A DNA stretch of 64,000 bases, from NCBI GenBank assembly GCA_016186795.1, contig JACPKY010000002.1:989892-1053891 (forward strand), written 5' to 3'. The notes under the pieces are model-generated. The model saw only the letters and a program-made list of their open reading frames with translations. It was not told the origin of the DNA and did not search any database. Shown in pieces: positions 1-8,107 of this stretch. A program made the position numbers and the translations under genes. How positions within the stretch are numbered: position 1 is the stretch's first letter; every line of letters begins with the position of its first letter. This DNA is from Candidatus Gottesmanbacteria bacterium (lineage in GTDB: Bacteria > Patescibacteriota > Microgenomatia > 2-02-FULL-39-11).

Positions 1-119
1 ATTGGATCAATCATGTTTCTGACGCTTTCCTTTGGAGTAATATATACATACCAATTTTTCATAAGCCGTGTTTCTTACCAGCGTAACTCTCGTATTCGTT
101 TTCAATCGTCATAACTTCC

Positions 120-578
120 ATGAATCCTGCTCCTACCAATTCACAACAGACACAATCGACTCAATTACCCAAAGGAACCGCAAGTTCTTCACCGACAGTT
201 CACCCTGGGGGGAAGGAACGAACACCCCAGACTCTGAAACCTCCCGATAGTGTTTCGGAAGTATCACAGGAGGTTGAGCTTCCGAAGGATGTGGAACGAG
301 TAGGAGTGGTGAAATTTTCAGAAAAGGTGGAGATTCCTCCTGATGTTGCCAAGCTCGGAGTCACACAATCCGGACCGGCAACTCCTGTTCAAACCACTTC
401 TCAAGCGTCACAGGTGGTTGTACTTCCTATTACTGATGAACAGGTCATTTCCGGTCTTCATGCGCAGGTAACGTCTGCTTTGAAATGGCTTTCCGTTTGG
501 TGTCTGAAACAATTGCAAAGAGCACACATTACGCTGAAAGTTATCCACGGGAAGATTATGAGGGTATCGTCTGGGTAA
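120..578 (+). CDS. Hypothetical protein, low-complexity and S/T/P/Q-rich, immediately upstream of the coupling-protein-like ATPase
   Basis: 152-aa ORF with no recognizable motif. Called only on the ORF and its position. Confidence 0.3.
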   Translation: MNPAPTNSQQTQSTQLPKGTASSSPTVHPGGKERTPQTLKPPDSVSEVSQEVELPKDVERVGVVKFSEKVEIPPDVAKLGVTQSGPATPVQTTSQASQVVVLPITDEQVISGLHAQVTSALKWLSVWCLKQLQRAHITLKVIHGKIMRVSSG

Positions 579-614
579 ATCTTCTCAACACTTGATCATT
601 GATTACGCCAACGT

Positions 615-2960
615 ATGAATCCAGAAGTATCATTTTTCTTTCAGCAACTTGAGAATTTTGCTCTGAACCTTTTGTTTTTTCTTTTTTTTGGCATAGGGTT
701 GGGACTTTTCTGCTACTTCCTTTTCCTTTGGTGGAAGTACCGTAATCGGGAGAAACAGAGTCTTGAGATGGTACTTTTAAAAGTTTCCGTACCCAAAGAC
801 AACGAGGTAAAAATTGATGCCGCTGAGCAGTTTTTCTCTTCGCTTTCGTCTATTTCACACGGCGGCTTGTTTTCTTTTTTAACCCCACCTCCTCACGTTT
901 CTTTTGAAATTGTGGGAAAACCCGGAGACATCCGATTCTATGTATCAGTCCATCACCATCTGCGGGATCTTGTCGAGAAGCAAATTTACGGAATGTATTC
1001 AGGAGCAGAGATCAAAGAGGTCGATGAGTATAACATCTTTGATGAGAAGGGCAAGGTTGCCTTTTCTTCCTATGTCCTCAAACACGCGGATCATTACCCG
1101 ATGAAGGTATTTAAAGATCTTCCCGTTGATCCACTTTCCGCTCTAACCTCTGCGGTTGGCAAAATGCAAGCAGGGGAGGGTGCTGCAATCCAGATACTTG
1201 TAACTCCTGCCGGTGATAAATGGAAATCAGTTGGTAAAGGGTATATTGCAAGTGTCAAGAAAAATGAAGCAAATCCTGAAAAAGCACAGTATAAAGTTGA
1301 TCCGAAGGTCTTGGAATCAATTGAGAATAAAACATCGAAGTCCGGTTTTAAAACAGTCATTCGTGTTGTCGTCTCATCAACGAATATGGAAACGGCAAAA
1401 ATGCATCTGCATAACATCGAGTCGGTACTGTCCCAGTTTGCTACCAACCAGAATCACTTCGTTTCCGCAAAGCAGGTAGTGAAGAGTTCATTTATGATTG
1501 ACTTTATCTATCGGTACTTTCCTATCTTTAACTGGCCGAGACGGCAGTGGAGCGTCTTATCAAGTGAGGAGGTAGCAACACTTTTCCACTTTCCAAATAA
1601 ATCGATTGAGACACCCAATATTAACTGGGTCACCTCAAAGCGAGCACCCGCTCCTGCCGATATTCCTACTTCTGGGTTGTATCTTGGCAAAAGTATCTAT
1701 CGGGGTACGTCTCGGCCGATTTATATGCAGCTGGATGATAGGAGACGGCATACGTACATCATCGGGAAAACTGGGGTAGGGAAGTCAGTCCTTCTCAAAG
1801 ATATGATCTTGCAAGATATAAAAGCAGGCAATGGTGTTGCGGCAATTGATCCTCATGGAGATTTGATTGAGAGTATACTACCTCATATTCCACCAGAGAG
1901 AGCTGAGGATGTTATTTATTTTGATCCTTCAGAGGGAGAAAGACCAATGGGACTAAATATGCTCGAAGCCCATACAGAGGAACAGAAACACTTCGTCTGT
2001 TCCTCAATAATTGGTCTAATGTACAAACTGTATGATCCGCAAAAAACTGGTATTATCGGTCCTCGGTTTGAACATGCGATACGAAATGCGATGTTGACGG
2101 TCATGGTAGAACCAGGGTCATCGTTTGTTGAGGTAGTACGTGTCTTAACTGACGCTTCCTACGTCCAAGAGCTCCTTCCAAAAGTACAGGACCCGATTGT
2201 AAAAAGATACTGGACAGATCAGATTGCCCAAACATCTGATTTTCATAAATCAGAGGTGCTTGACTATATTGTTTCCAAATTTGGCCGGTTTGTCACCAAT
2301 AAACTGATGAGAAATATCATTGGTCAAAGTAAAAGTGCTTTTGATTTCCGCAAAGTTATGGATGAGGGGAAAATTCTTCTTGTCAATCTTGCGAAAGGAA
2401 AATTAGGCGAGGAAAACTCAAGTTTCTTAGGTCTTATCCTTGTCCCCAAAATTTTATTGGCAGCGATGAGCCGGGTTGATACTCCTGAGGATAAAAGGCG
2501 TGATTTTTTTCTCTATGTTGATGAATTCCAGAACTTTGCCACCCCTGATTTTGCCCAGATTCTCTCTGAAGCTCGGAAATTCCGTCTCAATCTTTGCGTT
2601 GCCAATCAATTCATTGGACAGATGGAGGAGGAAGTGAAGAATGCGGTATTTGGCAATGTTGGCACCATTCTTTCTTTCCGTATAGGGGTTACCGACGCAA
2701 ACTACCTCCAACACTGGTTTACGCCGACATTTTCCGAAAGCGATTTGATTAACGTTGATGTGTACAATGCGTATGTCAACACGATTGTAGGAAATAAACC
2801 CATGCCACCTTTCTCAGTTGATATGAAAAAAGATCTCTCAGAGCTGAAAAAAACAGGGAATCCCAAAGTTGCCGAAGCAATTCTCCAACTTTCTCGCCTT
2901 AAATACGGTAAACCTAGAGAACTGGTTGAGGCAGAGATATCGCAAAGAGCCAGGCTCTAA
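615..2960 (+). CDS. Type IV secretion coupling protein-like ATPase (TraG/TraD/VirD4 family, AAA-like DUF87) with an N-terminal transmembrane segment
   Basis: N-terminal hydrophobic stretch NLLFFLFFGIGLGLFCYFLFLWW. Walker A IIGKTGVGKSVLL. Walker B-like FFLYVDEFQNFATPDFAQIL followed by NQFIGQ, matching the lDEFxNlg...Q signature of T4CPs. Confidence 0.55.
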   Translation: MNPEVSFFFQQLENFALNLLFFLFFGIGLGLFCYFLFLWWKYRNREKQSLEMVLLKVSVPKDNEVKIDAAEQFFSSLSSISHGGLFSFLTPPPHVSFEIVGKPGDIRFYVSVHHHLRDLVEKQIYGMYSGAEIKEVDEYNIFDEKGKVAFSSYVLKHADHYPMKVFKDLPVDPLSALTSAVGKMQAGEGAAIQILVTPAGDKWKSVGKGYIASVKKNEANPEKAQYKVDPKVLESIENKTSKSGFKTVIRVVVSSTNMETAKMHLHNIESVLSQFATNQNHFVSAKQVVKSSFMIDFIYRYFPIFNWPRRQWSVLSSEEVATLFHFPNKSIETPNINWVTSKRAPAPADIPTSGLYLGKSIYRGTSRPIYMQLDDRRRHTYIIGKTGVGKSVLLKDMILQDIKAGNGVAAIDPHGDLIESILPHIPPERAEDVIYFDPSEGERPMGLNMLEAHTEEQKHFVCSSIIGLMYKLYDPQKTGIIGPRFEHAIRNAMLTVMVEPGSSFVEVVRVLTDASYVQELLPKVQDPIVKRYWTDQIAQTSDFHKSEVLDYIVSKFGRFVTNKLMRNIIGQSKSAFDFRKVMDEGKILLVNLAKGKLGEENSSFLGLILVPKILLAAMSRVDTPEDKRRDFFLYVDEFQNFATPDFAQILSEARKFRLNLCVANQFIGQMEEEVKNAVFGNVGTILSFRIGVTDANYLQHWFTPTFSESDLINVDVYNAYVNTIVGNKPMPPFSVDMKKDLSELKKTGNPKVAEAILQLSRLKYGKPRELVEAEISQRARL

Positions 2961-3012
2961 CAATTTTCATTTTGAAATTTTCAATTTTCAATTTATAATG
3001 GGGAACGCGTGC

Positions 3013-3085
3013 GGGCCTGTAGCTCAGCGGTAGTAGCGCCATTCTTATAAAATGGATGCCCTTGGTTCGAATCCAAGCAGGCCCA
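3013..3085 (+). tRNA. tRNA-Ile with anticodon UAU (TAT); no CCA encoded
   Basis: Cloverleaf read by hand. Acceptor GGGCCTG/CAGGCCC plus discriminator A. Anticodon stem CCATT/AATGG with loop CTTATAA. T-arm CTTGG-TTCGAAT-CCAAG. TATAAT -10 element about 15 bp upstream. Confidence 0.8.
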
Positions 3086-3094
3086 CTTTGACGA

Positions 3095-4003
3095 TTATAG
3101 CTCTTCTAACTTGACACTTTCTGCGGTTTTTTCAGCTACCATATCGAGGTACTTTTCCGTTGTAGCGAGCCTTTTGTGACCCACCAGTTTACTGATTACA
3201 GTTAATGGTGTTCCAGATGCCAGATGATGGGCAATGAAGGTATGACGAAGATCATTGACCTTGGCATTTTCGATTCCTGCGATTTTGAAATAGCGGTCGA
3301 TGGTGGTGCGGATGTTCCGAACAAGAAGCGGTCTTCCGGTTTTCGTGATAAAAAGAGACGGGTTTTCACTTTTTGGTCTAATAGAAATCCATTTATCTAA
3401 GGCCATTTTCGCCGCTTTATTCAAAGGAATTGTCCGTGGGGGGTGGTTTTCCTGAGGTCGAATGAGAAGCTCTTTTTCTTTGATATCATCAAGGGTCAAG
3501 CTTGCGAGTTCTCCGATACGAATTCCTGTTTGGAGAAATAGTTCTACAATGGCATAGGTTCGGACGTCAGTTCGACAGGCATCTCTTAGTGCTCTATATT
3601 CCATTTTGGAAAGAACTCGAGGAGGTTTTATATCGTACTTGGGGTGAGTGATCTCCCCAGCTGGATTGGTAGTTATAGATCCCTGATTTTTCAAAAACCG
3701 ATAGAACGTCTTAATAGAGTTAATTTTTCGTGAGAGTGATTTTGGCGTATAGCCATCGCTTGAAAGCTTTTTGAGAAACCCTTCCAAGTCGATTTTTTCT
3801 ACCTCTTGAATGGTCTTTTTCCCCATCGCTGAGAGGAACATCACAAGCTGCTCGATGTCTTTACTGTATGCTACAATGGTGGCATGAGCTCGATGAGCGT
3901 TGGTCAAATAAGAAACGAACTGTGCCCGGGCTTGGGACAGTTCGAGCGTATTTCCTGAATTCATAGAGCCTATAATACATCTAGGAAGGTTTTTTGTCAA
4001 CAC
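3095..4003 (-). CDS. Tyrosine recombinase / integrase (XerC/XerD-like)
   Basis: 302 aa. C-terminal catalytic motifs LRHTFIAHHLASG...VGHKRLATTEKYLDM (R-H-R-Y family). N-terminal SAM-like core-binding region. The 3' end abuts the 3' end of tRNA-Ile. Confidence 0.8.
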   Translation of the reverse strand: MLTKNLPRCIIGSMNSGNTLELSQARAQFVSYLTNAHRAHATIVAYSKDIEQLVMFLSAMGKKTIQEVEKIDLEGFLKKLSSDGYTPKSLSRKINSIKTFYRFLKNQGSITTNPAGEITHPKYDIKPPRVLSKMEYRALRDACRTDVRTYAIVELFLQTGIRIGELASLTLDDIKEKELLIRPQENHPPRTIPLNKAAKMALDKWISIRPKSENPSLFITKTGRPLLVRNIRTTIDRYFKIAGIENAKVNDLRHTFIAHHLASGTPLTVISKLVGHKRLATTEKYLDMVAEKTAESVKLEEL

Positions 4004-4347
4004 GCATGAGAAATCGAATAATTTACGGTATTACTTCCGTTCTTTTTATCATGTTAATTATTAATGTGGTACGTTCATCCGTTCACCTCTCGGAGAGAGG
4101 GAGTATTCTCCAAGAAGCCGAATTAGATCTTCAAAAGGCTAAAACACGAAATGAAACATTGAAACGAGAGCTAGCAAGAGTAGAAAGTCCTGATTATATT
4201 GAGAAGGAAGCTCGAGACAAGCTCAATTTAGCAAAAGAGGGAGAGGTCGTGGTTCTTTTACCTTCCATCTCGCCTCCAGTTCAGCCTACGCCAACTATAA
4301 TTGAAGATATACCAAATTGGGAGAAGTGGCGCAGGGTGTTTTTCTAA
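3994..4347 (+). CDS. Septum formation initiator family protein (FtsB/DivIC-like)
   Basis: Single N-terminal TM, then a coiled coil ending PDYIEKEARDKLNLAKEGEVVV, the FtsB/DivIC signature. Confidence 0.55.
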   Translation: MSTRMRNRIIYGITSVLFIMLIINVVRSSVHLSERGSILQEAELDLQKAKTRNETLKRELARVESPDYIEKEARDKLNLAKEGEVVVLLPSISPPVQPTPTIIEDIPNWEKWRRVFF

Positions 4348-4356
4348 ATTATTAAG

Positions 4357-4428
4357 TAGCAGGGGAGGGATTCGGACCCTCAACCGTTGCCTTATGAAGA
4401 CACCGCTCCACCGTTGAGCTACCCTGCC
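4357..4428 (-). tRNA. tRNA with CAU anticodon (Met elongator or lysidine-modified Ile2); atypical features
   Basis: Minus-strand cloverleaf. Acceptor GGCAGGG/CCCTGCT with a G1-U72 wobble. D-stem GCTC/GAGC. Anticodon loop TTCATAA on a 4-bp stem with a G27-A43 mismatch. T-loop TCCGAAT with C at position 55. Confidence 0.6.
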
Positions 4429-4452
4429 TCAAGTTTTCCCATTCTACGGTAG

Positions 4453-4481
4453 TTGAGAAAAAAATTCAATTTCGCTATAAT
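4453..4481 (+). promoter_or_regulatory. Sigma-70-type promoter: TTGAGA, 17-bp spacer, TATAAT
   Basis: Perfect -35/-10 consensus spacing read directly from the sequence, upstream of the orphan transcript. Confidence 0.5.
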
Positions 4482-4487
4482 GTGGGT

Positions 4488-4777
4488 CTTAATACCGCGG
4501 GGTAGTGTACAGTTGCACAGGAGGCTCAAAAATGGGCACGTCGAAGAGTAATTTTCGATGATTTCTTGGCTATATCGGTAGAATCCTTAATAACATATGG
4601 ACAATACCGAGGAAACTTTTCTTAAGCGTGAAGCATTGAAGAGGATCCGTAGAGACTACACGCCAAGCTCCCGATTAAAACGGGGTGAAGATATAGTCCG
4701 AACCTTCGAGTAATCGAAGTAACATAAGCATAATCTCCTAGGCCGGGTGCGACTCCCGGCTCCGCAACATAAGTAAA
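4488..4777 (+). ncRNA. Candidate ~300-nt structured RNA of unknown identity; only a 9-codon SD-led ORF inside; 3' end has a tRNA T-arm/acceptor-like hairpin
   Basis: Bounded by a consensus promoter and a strong intrinsic terminator. No long ORF on either strand. AGGAGG-N7-ATG followed by 9 codons at 4519-4561. CCGGG-TGCGACT-CCCGG-CTCCGCA-A at 4743-4767 resembles a tRNA/tmRNA 3' domain. Confidence 0.35.
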
Positions 4778-4805
4778 ATAGCGCCTCACAAGGCGCTATT
4801 TTTTA
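4778..4805 (+). terminator. Rho-independent terminator
   Basis: ATAGCGCCT-caca-AGGCGCTAT stem followed by TTTTTT. Confidence 0.6.
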
Positions 4806-4838
4806 TATCATCAAGAAGATTAATGTAAAATAAATTCA

Positions 4839-5705
4839 ATGGCCTATATACACAAGTTTTATTCCTCGCATCCGCTGAAAACAATAATTATTCATAATAA
4901 GAATTGGGAGTATATAGTTTGTGGGAGAGGAATTGGTACACTTCTTCTTTTTCCAGGAGGTGGTCAAACTGCTCAAAGTAATTTTCAGCTTATTGATGCT
5001 TTCAAAAATAAATATAAAGTAATTTCACCAACAATATATGATGTAGATTCTATCGATGAATTTTGTTATGCGATAAATAAAATATTAGAAAAAGAAAATA
5101 GTAGTAAAGTCATTATCTATGGATTATCAATTGGGGGTATGATGGCGCAATCGTACGTAAGAAGAAATAAAGATAACGTTATAAAACTTATTATCTCTCA
5201 TGCTCCCGCTCCTAAATCAAAGACATACAAAGAAAAGATTATCAGACCGATAACTTTTTTAAATACAATTCTTCCTTTTATTCCAAATTATTTTATACAA
5301 TTTATGTCAAAAAGATTTGCAGGGTGGTTTCAAGGAGTTTCCAGGAAAGATCATCTTCGGCTTAAACCAGAAATCAATAAAGTTACAGAAGAGTTACAGA
5401 CATATTTCATTGGCGAATTTTATAAGAAATATTTCAATAAAAAATTATTAAAAACGTGGATAAAGCTACATCTAAATTTTTATAATAACGAAAATTTTTT
5501 ACCGGATGACTTATCTGATTGGAAAGGAGAAATTTTAATTCTACGAACGGATAACGATCCTCTTGCTCAAGATGATGGAGAATTTAAAAGATTATATCCG
5601 AAAGCCCACGTCTATACCTTTCATAATACAGGGCATTTAACGTTCTACTATCAATTTGAAAACATGGTAGAGGTAATGAGAAAGTTTCTTGGTGATATAC
5701 ACTGA
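4839..5705 (+). CDS. Alpha/beta-hydrolase fold protein; gene is markedly AT-rich
   Basis: GxSxG nucleophile elbow in YGLSIGGMMAQ. C-terminal ...NTGHL with a His. Length 288 aa. GC content far below neighbouring genes. Confidence 0.55.
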   Translation: MAYIHKFYSSHPLKTIIIHNKNWEYIVCGRGIGTLLLFPGGGQTAQSNFQLIDAFKNKYKVISPTIYDVDSIDEFCYAINKILEKENSSKVIIYGLSIGGMMAQSYVRRNKDNVIKLIISHAPAPKSKTYKEKIIRPITFLNTILPFIPNYFIQFMSKRFAGWFQGVSRKDHLRLKPEINKVTEELQTYFIGEFYKKYFNKKLLKTWIKLHLNFYNNENFLPDDLSDWKGEILILRTDNDPLAQDDGEFKRLYPKAHVYTFHNTGHLTFYYQFENMVEVMRKFLGDIH

Positions 5706-5738
5706 AATAGCTCTAATTTCTATTTCCGCGGTCTTTTT

Positions 5739-6209
5739 TTATTGTCGGAAGCGAAGTCGCTTGGACCTATGACGTGTATCTCGATTTGGTGAAATATGCC
5801 AAGGTCGAGATAGGGAACCGCCGTAACCATTTTTCCAGAAAGCATAGTTACCAGAAAATAAATCTTTTAACCCTTGTATAAAAATATTTCTTATTCCCAT
5901 ATCTTGGTAGGTTGAGTAAATTATAGTGATTGAGCTTACGGCAATGGACCCTAAAAGAACATAGATGTATGATTCAAGCTTAACTCCTAGTGGAAACGTT
6001 GTGAACGTTTCGTTTACACCAAATTCCCATACTTGAAGATAAATACCCAAAGGTTCACTTATCGATACGATCAATAGTCCAAAAATTATACTTATTAAAA
6101 TTGGGAACGTATTTCTTTTTAAGATATGGTAGAAAAAAATCCACTCTGTAAGGATTATTGGTACCGCAAGAAAAATGGTTGAAAAAAAATAAGAAAAAAT
6201 TCCAAACAT
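5739..6209 (-). CDS. Lycopene cyclase domain-containing membrane protein (CrtYd-like half); start probably at Met15 of the track ORF
   Basis: Polytopic small membrane protein with a PLGVKLESYIY motif. Lies adjacent to a second such protein, as in heterodimeric CrtYc/CrtYd. AT-rich. Confidence 0.35.
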   Translation of the reverse strand: MFGIFSYFFSTIFLAVPIILTEWIFFYHILKRNTFPILISIIFGLLIVSISEPLGIYLQVWEFGVNETFTTFPLGVKLESYIYVLLGSIAVSSITIIYSTYQDMGIRNIFIQGLKDLFSGNYAFWKNGYGGSLSRPWHISPNRDTRHRSKRLRFRQ

Positions 6210-6213
6210 AAAA

Positions 6214-6534
6214 CTAATTTTTTCTTTTCTGAAGTTTGTATTTTGCAACAAGAGTGATGCTTGCTCCTAATAATGGAATAAAAGTTGTATAGAGATATTC
6301 TTCGAAAGGGAGGCTTAGAACATTGATTCCAAAATTTTTATTACTGGGAAAGGACCAAAGACCACTATTTACAGCATAAATGTCCCATGGGACATGAATG
6401 AATAGTGCCAATAAAACTACAAGTATTAATGTTAATCTATATCTCCAGAGTAAATTAAAATACATCACCCAGATTAAAATAAGTGGTATTCCTGAAGAGA
6501 CTAATAACCAGAAGATATATTCCATTCCATACAC
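6214..6534 (-). CDS. Lycopene cyclase domain-containing membrane protein (CrtYc-like half)
   Basis: 106 aa with 3 TM segments. Contains LSLPFEEYLYTTF, matching the hPhEE motif of the lycopene cyclase domain. Confidence 0.4.
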   Translation of the reverse strand: MYGMEYIFWLLVSSGIPLILIWVMYFNLLWRYRLTLILVVLLALFIHVPWDIYAVNSGLWSFPSNKNFGINVLSLPFEEYLYTTFIPLLGASITLVAKYKLQKRKN

Positions 6535-6645
6535 TATACCAAACTTGAAAAGATAGAGATTTCTATTTTGGAGATTTTCTCGTATTGCGCGGAATTCAAA
6601 AAGAACATATAAAGATAGTAGGGTATAAAGAAAGGAGGTGAGTCT

Positions 6646-7077
6646 ATGTTTCTTGTTCCGATAAATTACGTAGCTATACTTCTCTGCGGTGTTGCCGCAA
6701 TGGTAGTTGGCTTTGTCTGGTACGGGCCGCTTTTTGGCAAAGAGTGGATGGGACTTGTTGGTATGACGAAGGAGAAGATGGAGAAAGCCAAGGCAGATAT
6801 GACCAAGACGTACGGGTTAAGCTTTCTCTCATCTCTTATTATGGCCTATGCACTTGCTCATTTCGTCTGGTTTACCGCTCCCGGATCAGTTGATCTAACA
6901 GTAGGAGTAAAAACAGCTCTCTGGGCGTGGGTTGGGTTTGTGGCAACAACCGCTGTTTCGGGCTATCTCTATTCTCCTGAGAAAAAACCCATGAAGTTGT
7001 TTGTCATAGATACAGGATATTACCTGGCAACGCTTCTTGTTATGGGAGTTATTCTTGCTCTGATGCCATGGGGTTAA
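6646..7077 (+). CDS. DUF1761-like small membrane protein
   Basis: 143 aa with 4 predicted TM segments. Family assignment from memory only. Confidence 0.3.
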   Translation: MFLVPINYVAILLCGVAAMVVGFVWYGPLFGKEWMGLVGMTKEKMEKAKADMTKTYGLSFLSSLIMAYALAHFVWFTAPGSVDLTVGVKTALWAWVGFVATTAVSGYLYSPEKKPMKLFVIDTGYYLATLLVMGVILALMPWG

Positions 7078-7123
7078 AAGTCAAGAAGTAAGCCATAGAA
7101 TGATGGTATAATAGAAAATCTAG

Positions 7124-8107
7124 ATGGAGTTGTTACCGCTTCTTTTCCTCGGAGTAAGTATACTTGCTATTGGTAAAGGTTCTGATTGGTTGACGGATTC
7201 CCTTATTCCCATTGCTCATAAACTTGGTGTTTCTGGTTCCTCAGTTGGTCTTATCCTTGTCTCTATTGCTGTGAGTCTTCCCGAGATTCTTGTTGCGGTA
7301 TATGCCACAGTGCAAGGGTATCCTACGATAAGTCTTGGTGTTATATTGGGGTCAATCATTTGCAATATTGGCCTTATGACGGGTCTTTCTGCATTAGTGA
7401 GACCACTTCGGGTAAGTCGAACAATTATTCTTCGAGACGGTGTTTTTTCCATCGTTGTTCCTATTCTTGTCTTTGCAGTTAGTACTGGAGGTCAGATAAC
7501 ACGGATTGATGGAATTGCTCTTTTTCTTTTATTTATCCCCTACGTCATCAACGTATTCCTTCAGGAGAAAAGGATATCGTCTGAAGAGAAGGAAGCCCGT
7601 ATGAAAGAGGTAGAAATTGAACTTGAGCTCATCGGATTCGAGTTTGGAACATTGAAGTCGGGTTGGGCATCATTTGTGTTGGGTTTACTTCTCCTTCTTG
7701 GAGGGGCACAGCTTTTTGCAAATCAGCTGATTAGTATTGCTGCGCAGTTTGGTGTGAGTGAACTTCTTATTGGCCTTACAATTGGAGCTCTTGGTCCGTC
7801 TATTCCTAATATTATTGCAGCATATACCGCAACAAAAAAAGGCATGGGAGAGATTGCTGTGTCAGAAACATTGGGTTCGAATATCTTTACGCTTCTGGTG
7901 ACCTTGGGAATATCTGCAATGCTTTCTCCTATTGAGATTTCTTCTCAATGGTTAACATTTGATATTCCTGCGCTTATTGTGATGAGTTTCCTTCTCTTTG
8001 TATTCATTCTGACCAAAAAAACAATCTCAAAACATGAAGGGATTATCCTCCTTGGAGGGTATATCAGTATCCTCCTAATTCAAATTTTTATGAGTATTCA
8101 CCCATGA
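7124..8107 (+). CDS. Ca2+/Na+ antiporter (CaCA family, YrbG-like)
   Basis: Two alpha-repeat regions (GSSVGLILVSIAVSLPEI and GSNIFTLLVTLGISAM) separated by an acidic loop. Confidence 0.7.
   Translation: MELLPLLFLGVSILAIGKGSDWLTDSLIPIAHKLGVSGSSVGLILVSIAVSLPEILVAVYATVQGYPTISLGVILGSIICNIGLMTGLSALVRPLRVSRTIILRDGVFSIVVPILVFAVSTGGQITRIDGIALFLLFIPYVINVFLQEKRISSEEKEARMKEVEIELELIGFEFGTLKSGWASFVLGLLLLLGGAQLFANQLISIAAQFGVSELLIGLTIGALGPSIPNIIAAYTATKKGMGEIAVSETLGSNIFTLLVTLGISAMLSPIEISSQWLTFDIPALIVMSFLLFVFILTKKTISKHEGIILLGGYISILLIQIFMSIHP

Noticed and set aside
4488-4777. Considered calling the orphan RNA a tmRNA (ssrA) because of the tRNA-like T-arm/acceptor at its 3' end and the adjacent recombinase
   Set aside because: There is no G3-U70 pair in the best acceptor pairing. 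No resume codon or tag ORF ends in a hydrophobic ...AA stop. The length is short for tmRNA. The T-loop TGCGACT lacks the U54-Psi55 pattern. I kept it as an unidentified ncRNA candidate.
6214-6251. 38-bp overlap of the two lycopene-cyclase-domain ORFs, read as a frameshifted single gene
   Set aside because: Using Met15 of the downstream ORF removes the overlap. That gives the usual two-gene CrtYc/CrtYd arrangement, so a frameshift is not needed.
3086-6600. Direct repeat of the tRNA-Ile 3' end (attR) that would delimit an island to the right of the recombinase
   Set aside because: I could not find a second copy of ...GGTTCGAATCCAAGCAGGCCCA in the window. The tRNA-like fragment at 4743-4767 has a different sequence. 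The island boundary is left unresolved rather than asserted.
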